NCBI GenBank assembly: GCA_963815195.1
Contig: CAWFGE010000015.1
Span: 256,001-320,000 of the forward strand
Source of the DNA: an uncultured Planctomycetaceae bacterium
GTDB lineage: Bacteria; Planctomycetota; Planctomycetia; Planctomycetales; Planctomycetaceae
Reading direction: 5' to 3'
Length of the DNA: 64,000 bases
In this document: positions 10,023 to 18,124 of the stretch, piece after piece
Layout: every line of letters begins with the position of its first letter
Position numbering within the stretch: the first letter of the stretch is position 1
Notes under the pieces: generated by a model
Databases searched by the model: none
Told to the model about the DNA's origin: nothing
What the model saw: the letters and a program-made list of their open reading frames with translations, nothing else
Program-made: the position numbers and the translations under genes

Positions 10023-11774
10023 CCCCCGCCGATTTCCTAAACCACTTCGCCCCGCTCACGGACACCGCAGGCGGCGTGCAGAAACTCCGAAACCTCATCC
10101 TGCAACTGGCCGTCCAAGGCAAACTGGTCGAGCAAGATCCCAACGATGAACCGGCGGCAGCGATCTTCTGAAAAGAATTAGAGAACGAAAAATCGCAATT
10201 GTTCGCGAAAGGGGAGATTCGGAAGCCGGCGAAGACTTCCACGCAGTCAATTCCAATGGTTCAGCGAACCCAAAAGCGGTTGGGCCAGGACCATGATGGG
10301 AATGTTCGTCATTAGAACTGATGTTCAGGGCAGCATCTCAAACCGGAAGCCTATAACGAAGACAGGCAAAGGCCATCCCGTATTCAACCGGTCCGGCTGA
10401 TTTGTGGATGACCGTTCATCCCACTGCAAGTCGATGGACTACACGAAACACGATCTATTGCTAAGCAAGGGGATATGTTTAGTTACGGTCAAAGGTGCAA
10501 CGATTGGAAAAACAACATATCTTGTGAACCGCGCAACGGCGTTTACAGCCGACGATTGATGGCCGCCCGTTCGATCTAGTCGTTCCGATTTTCTGCAATC
10601 TTGTTTTGAAGTCCACCTACGACATATTCCAAAGTCGGGCGTGGGTATTGCAATTCGCCGGTATCGGTACGCAGACGAAATCCTGAGCACTCACGATTTG
10701 GACTTCCACCCCTCGCCGAGCAGCGGCGGATTGTGGCGAAGGTGGATGAGTTGATGCGGTTGTGCGATGAGTTGGAAACTCGGCAGCAACCGAGCAGCGG
10801 GCGGTGCGGGTGCGGATGAGCGCGGCGGCTTTGGACCGCTTGACGAACGCGGCGGACCCCACCGAGTTCGCCCCGGCCTGGCAACGCCTCAACACCCACT
10901 TCGACACCCTCTTCGCCCGCCCCGAATCCCTCGCCCAACTCCGCCAAACCCTCCTCCAACTCGCCGTCATGGGCAAACTCGTCGAACAAGACCCAGACGA
11001 CGAACCGGCGGCGGAACTTATCAACGCATCAAACACCAAAGGGCAGAATGGTTAAACGCCAAGGTAATCAAGAAACCGAAACCGCTCTCGCAGATTACGC
11101 AGGGCGACATTCAAATGCTGCCTGCTGGATGGACTGCCGAACGGTTGGGAAACATCATTGATGCCCGTTTTTCGCTTTCCTACGGCGTTCTGGTTCCTGG
11201 GCCCGACATCTCTGATGGTATTCCATTTGTCCGGGTCTAAAGATTTGGACATCAAACCGAAAATTAAACCCGCGAAAACAATTGACCGGGCAATCGATGC
11301 AAAGTACCAGCTGAACTCGCCTAGTCGGTCGGAGAGATTTTACTTGGCGTTGTTGGAAGCATTGGAAAACTAGGAATTGCACCCAAGTCATGGGCTGGGT
11401 AAGCGAACATTGCCCGTGCTGTCTGTCGAATGACATGCCCGCTCAACAAGTCGAGCGAGACTTCTTGCTCTTGGTCCTCCAAAGCGCTCAGATTCAAAGC
11501 CATTTCAAGTCATCAACCCGGACACTTGCCCAACCAACGCTGAACATTGGCAATGATCGAAGAAACAGCCATTCCAATCCCCCCGCTTGCCGAGCAAAAA
11601 CGCATCGTCCAACGAGTGCAAGAACTGATGGCCCATTGCGATACCCTGGAAGCCCAACTCACCCGGCGGGAGGCTTCGGCGGACGAGTTGCTCGAAGCGA
11701 TGGTGGCGGCGATTCTGGCCGGTCGGGAGCCGCGTGCGGTCGGCAAACGGAACGGGCGGCAGCGGTCCGCATGA
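10019..11774 (+). pseudogene. hsdS: Type I R-M specificity subunit S, heavily frameshifted in both TRDs
   Basis: Two copies of LQLAV-GKLVEQDP-DEPAA (~10100, ~10955); PPLAEQ-RIV motifs (~10710, ~11580); multiple frame breaks. Confidence 0.88.
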
Positions 11775-12139
11775 ATGGGGAAAACGCTTCGGCCGCCAAC
11801 GCAGGCCCACCCAAACCAGGAAAGGCAACCCGATTGATGGCCAAGAAACGTTTCAACTACATCGTGACCGTTTCGTTTCAGATGCAGTTTTCCTTCCCGG
11901 AATCGGAAGTCGAACAAAGCGACGAAGGGGCCGAGGGCGATATGTCCCCCACGGATGAAGCCTTGGAAGCCCTGGAAGAGGAACTCGCCGAATTCCTAGG
12001 CCAAAACTACGGGGGCATTTGCAATATGGAAGCCTGGGCAGACTTTGATGAATTGCTGAGCACATACGAAGAATGAGCCGAAACAGCCCAACCGGCCCGG
12101 CGGACGAGTTGCTCGAAGCGATGGTGGCGGCGATTCTGG
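11677..12139 (+). repeat. 42-bp perfect direct repeat of the hsdS 3' end (11677-11718 and 12098-12139)
   Basis: cggcggacgagttgctcgaagcgatggtggcggcgattctgg present twice. Confidence 0.9.
11837..12076 (+). CDS. Small, very acidic hypothetical protein (79 aa)
   Basis: MAKKRFNY...ELLSTYEE; 20 Asp/Glu; lies between the 42-bp repeats. Confidence 0.6.
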   Translation: MAKKRFNYIVTVSFQMQFSFPESEVEQSDEGAEGDMSPTDEALEALEEELAEFLGQNYGGICNMEAWADFDELLSTYEE

Positions 12140-12627
12140 AACGCCGCGAGCGAGAAACGGACGGGCAACAAAACAGACGAGCGTCGGCTCGAACAAAATA
12201 AGGGGAATCCATGCCTGCCGAAAACCCAACCACGAAAGAGGCCCCCTTCTGCATCTCTGCCACGGAATCTCTTTTGCTTGGAATTGCGTTTGAGAACTAC
12301 GGATTGGAACGCGGAGGCCCCCGCGACGGTGGGAACGCGGCGGAACTGGGGGATTATAGGGGGCGTGTGGAATCCCCCATGATCCCAGCATAACGGGACG
12401 GAGTCCGCGTAGGATTGATGAACTCTGCCTCAAAATGCTTGGGGGATTAGGGGGGGGGGGTAGAAATCCAAATCAGACACAAACGCGGCTAGGGCGACGG
12501 CCCGAAAACCTGACCTGACAGGCCCGCCGCGTTTCTTCTTGAATCAGGGACCACGTAATCAGGACCGTGGCGATGCCAAAACCCGATCTAATTTGCCCGA
12601 CGTGTGGTGGCGATCTAGAGCCTGCGG

Positions 12628-13284
12628 ATGCAGGCCGCACTTGCGACAATTGCCGTTCTCCCCGTGGAAAAATCGTGGAGTCTCTGGACGGCACTCGAAT
12701 TGCATCGCAGGCACGGTGATTCGATCCCCCGAATCTTGAGCGGTGGGTGGATCAAACTGGAACAGGCGGGGCATGAGCTAGCCCGCCGGGAAGACCGTCA
12801 TGAGGAATACAAGGCCGACGGGCCGACGGGCAAACTCGAATTCCTCATTCGCTGGGCGATGGGAAAATATGGCATTTCCCGAAATGATTGTTTCGGCATG
12901 CGGGTTGAAGATTTCCTCGAAAAGATCGCACAAATTGACCCGCCGGAAAAAAATCATTCTGGCAACCCGCCAAGCGGTGATGACGTGGCCCATTCCGATG
13001 ATTTGATGCTCGATTTGCTATCGAGTTGGAGTGGAAGACAATCGCAGGCCCGGCGAATCGTGGAATTCCTTTGGTCCTACAATCGGCTGGTGGGATGGGA
13101 CGTGCTGCCTAAGGAAGCATTTCAGGGGAATGGCCGGCCGACGGATGAAGCCATACTGAAAGCCCTTAAGCGAATTAAGACCAAACTGAGTGCTGTGTTT
13201 GAACGCTTGGGCGTGGATCTGGAAATCCACGAATCAGAACGCCGCGTGAGACTGATAAAGCCCTCAGACAAGCCGGACAGATAA
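12628..13284 (+). CDS. Hypothetical protein, probable C-terminal winged-helix regulator
   Basis: 218-aa ORF; C-terminus RIVEFLW...DEAILKALKRIKTKL...LEI...RVRL fits a wHTH; precedes the xis/primase module. Confidence 0.55.
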   Translation: MQAALATIAVLPVEKSWSLWTALELHRRHGDSIPRILSGGWIKLEQAGHELARREDRHEEYKADGPTGKLEFLIRWAMGKYGISRNDCFGMRVEDFLEKIAQIDPPEKNHSGNPPSGDDVAHSDDLMLDLLSSWSGRQSQARRIVEFLWSYNRLVGWDVLPKEAFQGNGRPTDEAILKALKRIKTKLSAVFERLGVDLEIHESERRVRLIKPSDKPDR

Positions 13285-13301
13285 AGGGACATCAATGTCC
13301 C
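13284..13301. promoter_or_regulatory. Inverted repeat, candidate operator upstream of the xis/primase operon
   Basis: agggaca-tcaa-tgtccct, flanked by further GACA/TGTC half-sites. Confidence 0.4.
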
Positions 13302-13369
13302 TCTGACTGTCGGCATTCCTCCATAGACTCCGAGTGTGGTTTTCACTGAAGTCTCTGGAGGATTTTTTT

Positions 13370-13534
13370 ATGGCTGATGACTTATTAGAGCGGATTCCCC
13401 GCCCCGAGGAAATCAAACGGGAATTGGCCCCCTATTTGCGGGCCGTCGATTTGCTCAAAAAGCTGTTGAAGCTTGCCGAATATCGCGACCGCATGGAAGG
13501 AAATCGGGAGCGAAAAGGGGGGTCAAATGATTGA
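13370..13534 (+). CDS. Small hypothetical protein
   Basis: ggagga RBS before ATG; overlaps the next gene's start. Confidence 0.6.
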   Translation: MADDLLERIPRPEEIKRELAPYLRAVDLLKKLLKLAEYRDRMEGNRERKGGSND

Positions 13535-13754
13535 GCCTCTTCTCCTCGACAAGCTGGAAACGGCCCGGCGGCTGGGCATTAGCGTGCGCGGCCTTGACCG
13601 ACTCATCCGCGATCCTGATAACCCGCTTCCCTACATTCCGGTTGGGCGACTCATTAAATTCCGGCCGGCCGACGTACAGCGGTGGTTAGAGGGGAAGGTG
13701 ACGACCGCGCATCCGCCGCGGCAGGTATTGAAAAGCAAAGGGGGTGCCGAGTGA
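13527..13754 (+). CDS. Excisionase/AlpA-like HTH_17 DNA-binding protein
   Basis: LLDKLETARRLGISVRGLDRLI...LPYIPVGRLIKFRPADVQRWLE. Confidence 0.85.
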   Translation: MIEPLLLDKLETARRLGISVRGLDRLIRDPDNPLPYIPVGRLIKFRPADVQRWLEGKVTTAHPPRQVLKSKGGAE

Positions 13755-16294
13755 CCGACACCCCCCAAAAGATTGTCCTTTTTGATTCTATACCCGATGC
13801 CCTCAAAAGTCTGCCCCAATGGGTGCTCTGGAGAGGTGTGGAACGCGACGGAGAGAAAACCAAACTCCCATTCCGAACGAACAACCGACCTGCGCAAAGC
13901 AACAATCCCAAAACTTGGGCTGCATTTTCTGCGGTCGCCCTTCGGATTGAGCAGTTACAGATTCCCGAACTGCGATTGCCTAACGCCATTCCCTACGATG
14001 GTCCCGGATTCGTCTTCTCGAAGGATGATCCGTTTGTGGGAATCGACCTCGACGGTTGCCGAGATCCTCAAACGGGAGAGATGGCCGAGTGGGCGGTTGA
14101 GATAATCCAACGATTTGACACCTACGCCGAAATCTCGCCATCGGAAACGGGTGTCAAAATCTTCGCGAAAGGGAATTGGCCTTTCGATCGGGGGAAGAAA
14201 GTCACGGTCGCTGTTCAGCCCGTTTGCGAGAAAAGGCCCGGCATCGAAGTCTATGCCCACCGTCGCTATTTCGCCGTTACAGGTTGGCAAGTAGAAAGCC
14301 GGCCCGGATCGGTAGAGGATTGCCAAGCGGCACTCGATTGGTTGGTGGGAAAGTATTTTGCACAACAGGCCAAAGTGCAGAGCACTCCCCAAACTCATCC
14401 TAAGAAGGTGCAGGAGCGGGCGAGAAACTACCTCGCCAAGCTTCCTCCCGCAATCAGCGGACAACGGGGGCATGATGCGACCTATCACGCGGCTTGCGTC
14501 TTGGTGCAGGGGTTTGACTTGGGGGCAGATGATGCATTCCTATTGTTGAGTGAGTGGAGTGCGACTTGCCAACCGCCTTGGTCGGAAGCCGAACTCCGGC
14601 ACAAGATTGAAGACGCCTCCCAGGAACCCGGCGAACGAGGATATTTGCTGAAAAGTTCGCGTTCCAATACTCCGACGGAAAGCGGTAACGGTAACGGAAG
14701 CCCTCAAAATGATCCGTTTTCCGACCTTCCGTTACCGTTACCGCCCCCAGAAATGGAATTCTCGCCTTTTCCTACGGACGAATTGCCCGAACCGATTTCC
14801 CGATTTGTGAAGGAGGGAGCAATAGCACTGGGGTGCGATGAAAGCTACATCGCCCTCCCCCTGTTGGCCGTGCTCGCCTCCGCCGTTGGAAATACGCGGC
14901 GAATCAAACTAAAGAATTCCTGGTGTGAACCTTGCGTTTTTTGGGCGGTTATTATCGGCGAGTCCGGAACGCTCAAAAGCCCGGCAATGGATCTCGCCTT
15001 GGAGGTTTTGAACTCGCTTCAAGACCAGGCGTTCCGGGATTACGAGGAAGCTTTTCGGAAACATGAGCTTTCGCTCATAAACCATGAAGCCGCACTCAAA
15101 GAGTGGAAAACCCAGGGGAGAAAACGGTTAGAACCTCCCCCCGAATCTCCGGAAGAACCCATTGCGGAGCGATTTGTCTGCGAAGATACCACGGTCGAAG
15201 CGATTGCGGTGCTCTTGCTGAATCAACCCCGTGGGATATTGATGAAACGGGATGAGCTATCCGGTTGGATTAACTCATTCGACGCCTATAAATCGGCACG
15301 CGGAGCCGATGTGGCCCACTGGTTGAGCATGCATCGTGCTGGCTCATTGACGGTCGACCGAAAGACCGGTCGCAAAGTGATTCGTGTTCCCCGGTCTGCC
15401 GTCTCTCTCACGGGCGGCGTGCAGCCGAAAACCTTGAAAGCCGCATTGGGCGGACGCTATCAGGGAGATGGCCCCGAGGCGATGGAAGACGTTTCCGGGG
15501 AACATTGGGAAAATGGACTGGCGGCACGGTTGCTGGTTGCGATGCCTCCCCGCAAACCAAAACATTGGACAGAAGACGACCTTTCCGAAGAAACAAAGAA
15601 AACGCTGGAAACTATAATTAAAACGCTATTCCAACTCGATTTTCAGGCTGGTGACGATGGTGAATTGCTTCCGGTGGATGTCCCCCTCTCGCTTCAAGCG
15701 AAATCGGTTTGGATTCGTTTTTACAACGAACACGCCCGCGAACAAACGGAGATGAGCGGCAATCTCGCGGCGGCATGGTCGAAACTGGAAGGCTACGCGG
15801 CTCGCTTCGCCTTGCTCATCCATCTTATACGCCAAGCTACGAATGACTCCACTTTGGTCAACCCAGAGTTGATAGATGGGCAAAGCGTAAGATCCGGCAT
15901 CGCCTTATCGCGGTGGTTCGGTGATGAGGCCGCGCGGGTTTATTGCAGCTTTCAGAAATCCGGGGAAGATTCCGATTCCGTAAAACGACGCCACTTGCTT
16001 CGTGTCATCAGCGAACACAGTGGCCGGATTACCGTACGCGAGTTGATGCAAGCCTCCCGCAATTACCGCGAGAGCGCGGATACTGCAGAATCCGCGCTCA
16101 ATGAATTGAGAGCGGCCGAGCTAGGCTCATGGAACGTCGTAAAGACCAAAGGCCGGTCAAGACGCGAATTTTGTCTCCACGATGCCGAATCAGGCCCCGA
16201 CAGGCCACAGGAACAAGCCGAGCATTCTTCATCCCAGGATGTTGACTCCGGTGCCTCGCCTGAGTCAGAGAATGACGAGTGGGGGACGATATGA
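13751..16294 (+). CDS. AEP primase-polymerase fused to a DUF3987 (YfjI-like) helicase domain
   Basis: FVGIDLDGC, YAEISPSETGVKIF, IEVY--RYFAVTG; PriCT-like region; FPTDELP, GESGTLKSP, DELSGW, GLAARLL. Confidence 0.85.
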   Translation: MTDTPQKIVLFDSIPDALKSLPQWVLWRGVERDGEKTKLPFRTNNRPAQSNNPKTWAAFSAVALRIEQLQIPELRLPNAIPYDGPGFVFSKDDPFVGIDLDGCRDPQTGEMAEWAVEIIQRFDTYAEISPSETGVKIFAKGNWPFDRGKKVTVAVQPVCEKRPGIEVYAHRRYFAVTGWQVESRPGSVEDCQAALDWLVGKYFAQQAKVQSTPQTHPKKVQERARNYLAKLPPAISGQRGHDATYHAACVLVQGFDLGADDAFLLLSEWSATCQPPWSEAELRHKIEDASQEPGERGYLLKSSRSNTPTESGNGNGSPQNDPFSDLPLPLPPPEMEFSPFPTDELPEPISRFVKEGAIALGCDESYIALPLLAVLASAVGNTRRIKLKNSWCEPCVFWAVIIGESGTLKSPAMDLALEVLNSLQDQAFRDYEEAFRKHELSLINHEAALKEWKTQGRKRLEPPPESPEEPIAERFVCEDTTVEAIAVLLLNQPRGILMKRDELSGWINSFDAYKSARGADVAHWLSMHRAGSLTVDRKTGRKVIRVPRSAVSLTGGVQPKTLKAALGGRYQGDGPEAMEDVSGEHWENGLAARLLVAMPPRKPKHWTEDDLSEETKKTLETIIKTLFQLDFQAGDDGELLPVDVPLSLQAKSVWIRFYNEHAREQTEMSGNLAAAWSKLEGYAARFALLIHLIRQATNDSTLVNPELIDGQSVRSGIALSRWFGDEAARVYCSFQKSGEDSDSVKRRHLLRVISEHSGRITVRELMQASRNYRESADTAESALNELRAAELGSWNVVKTKGRSRREFCLHDAESGPDRPQEQAEHSSSQDVDSGASPESENDEWGTI

Positions 16295-16584
16295 CTCTCC
16301 CGCAATTGTTGGCCGAATTGGCCCGGTTGGGGGTGCGGTTGGAGGCCGATGGGGAGCGGTTGCGGTACGCTCCCCGCGCGGCCCTGACTCCCGAATTGGC
16401 CGAGCCGCTGCGGGAGCACAAGCCCGCGTTGTTGGCCTATCTGCGGACCGGGAAAATCATCTTCGACGCCCAAACCGCAACCGCGGCCGATGTGCGGGCG
16501 GCCCTCGACTTTTTCAATCTGTCTCGCATCGGGAATTCCGATGTTGTACTCTCACAGAATCAGGAACCTTTTCAGGAAAGGTAA
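16291..16584 (+). CDS. TubC N-terminal docking-domain-like small protein
   Basis: LLAELARLGVRLEADGERLRYAP--ALTPEL---LREHKPALLAYL. Confidence 0.7.
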   Translation: MTLPQLLAELARLGVRLEADGERLRYAPRAALTPELAEPLREHKPALLAYLRTGKIIFDAQTATAADVRAALDFFNLSRIGNSDVVLSQNQEPFQER

Positions 16585-16592
16585 ATCCCACA

Positions 16593-17954
16593 ATGGCAAG
16601 CATCACGAAGCAGCCCAACGGCCGGCGGACGATTCAGTTTACTGGTCCCGACGGTCGGCGGTTTTCCATCCGCCTGGGAAAAGTCACTCAGAGATTGGCC
16701 GAGCAAGTGAAGTTCCGGGTGGAACAACTCTTGGCTCCGAAGTTGGCTGGTCAAGCCCTCGATGCCGATACCGCCCGTTGGCTGGGCGAGATTGACGATT
16801 CTCTACATTCCAAGTTGGCCAAGGTGGGTTTGGTCGAATCCCGCGAACAAACGGCGGTGCAGGCCCTTGGGGCATTCCTTGAAGATTATGTGACCCGGCG
16901 AATCGACGTGAAGCCCGCAACCCAGGAAGTTTGGCGGCAAGTGATTCTGAATCTGACGAATCATTTTGGATACGATCGCGATTTGGCGAGCATCAATGAA
17001 GGCCATGCCGACGATTTCAAAATGTTCCTCATTTCTGAAAAACTGGCCCCCACCACAATTCACAAGCGGCTGCAATTCGCCCGGATGTTTTTCCGAGCGG
17101 CCAAAAAGCGAAAACTCATCTCAGAGAATCCATTTGCGGAAACGTCCGCCCCGGCGGGATCCTCATCAGCCCGGCAGCATTTCATCACGTTGGAGGACAC
17201 GGAGAAACTGTTATCGGTCGCGAATCCGACATGGCGAACGATCATCGGCCTCTGTCGGTTCGGTGGCCTACGCTGTCCCTCTGAAGTGCTTTCGCTCCGA
17301 TGGGAGGATGTGTTGTGGGATTCTCAGAAAATCGTGGTGACCTCGCCGAAGACAGAACACCACGCCGGCAAGGAAAACCGAATCATCCCGCTATTCCCCG
17401 AATTGTTGCCGATCCTGTTGGAAGCCTCCGAACTGGCCGACGATGGTGCGGAATACGTTGTCGGTGGAAATTATCGGGAAGCGGCCCAAGGCCCGTCAGG
17501 CTGGCGAAACAGCAATCTCCGAACGCAATTCGGGCGGATCGTGAAACGGGCGGGATTGTCCCCCTGGCCGCGGCTGTTTCACAATCTCCGCGCATCCCGC
17601 GAAACAGAATTGGTCAAGGAACATCCGATTCACGTGGTCACAAAGTGGCTGGGGAACACGCCCACGATCGCAACCAAGCATTATTTGCAAGTGACGGATG
17701 CCGACTTCGAGAGGGCAACCAGCCGGGAATCAAAAAGCGGTGCAAAATCCGGTGCATCATCTGCACCGCCTGGGGAAAAAGCGGTGCAAAATCCGGTGCA
17801 GACAGTGTACGCCACGTCTCGGCAAAAATCGTCTGAGTTGTTCCAACCCGATGGGAACTCAACAGTTCTGCCGAGTCTTGGCGAATCGTGCCGAGCAATG
17901 ACTGTACAAAAAAGCGGAGAGAGGGGGATTCTCATTAGGACTTGTCGTAAGTGA
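16593..17954 (+). CDS. int: Tyrosine recombinase/integrase; 3' end runs through the right att core
   Basis: GGLRCPSE (R), SPKTE (K), FHNLRAS (HxxR), WLGNT, KHYLQ (Y). Confidence 0.93.
   Translation: MASITKQPNGRRTIQFTGPDGRRFSIRLGKVTQRLAEQVKFRVEQLLAPKLAGQALDADTARWLGEIDDSLHSKLAKVGLVESREQTAVQALGAFLEDYVTRRIDVKPATQEVWRQVILNLTNHFGYDRDLASINEGHADDFKMFLISEKLAPTTIHKRLQFARMFFRAAKKRKLISENPFAETSAPAGSSSARQHFITLEDTEKLLSVANPTWRTIIGLCRFGGLRCPSEVLSLRWEDVLWDSQKIVVTSPKTEHHAGKENRIIPLFPELLPILLEASELADDGAEYVVGGNYREAAQGPSGWRNSNLRTQFGRIVKRAGLSPWPRLFHNLRASRETELVKEHPIHVVTKWLGNTPTIATKHYLQVTDADFERATSRESKSGAKSGASSAPPGEKAVQNPVQTVYATSRQKSSELFQPDGNSTVLPSLGESCRAMTVQKSGERGILIRTCRK
17737..17800 (+). repeat. Two further arm-type 20-mers with an inverted partial copy between them
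   Basis: gcggtgcaaaatccggtgca at 17737 and 17781; tgcaccgcctggggaa (17762-17777) is the reverse complement of 4766-4781. Confidence 0.75.
17910..17931 (-). repeat. att core, right copy (tRNA-Ser 3'-end-like fragment)
   Basis: aaaagcggagagagggggattc, direct repeat of 4707-4728. Confidence 0.8.
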
Positions 17955-18124
17955 TTGTCAAATCAGCACTTCCGGTTGCAACTCCTTGAGACTCTTGGAT
18001 TTCCGGTTTGTCATTTGAGTTCATCTGTAGTCAGGGTTTCTCAGGAATAGTCATTCGGATTGGCACATTGTGCCAATCCGAAATTTGGCTTCGGTGCCTT
18101 CATCAGACCATGGAGGTACTGAAC

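Larger units (their letters stand above)
4707..17931 (+). mobile_element. ~13.2-kb integrative element (phage-satellite/PICI-like island) carrying a type I R-M system
   Basis: Flanking direct repeats, shared arm-type repeats at both ends, tyrosine integrase, excisionase-like HTH, primase-DUF3987; no capsid or tail genes. Confidence 0.85.

Noticed and set aside
12340..12470. G-run and GGGGATT/GAATCCCC motifs as an origin or phase-variable tract
   Set aside because: Too short and irregular to support a function; homopolymer length is unreliable given the apparent indel rate
16182..16592. N-terminal extension of the integrase in the ORF track
   Set aside because: Overlaps the primase end and the TubC-like gene; the RBS-preceded ATG at 16593 is the plausible start
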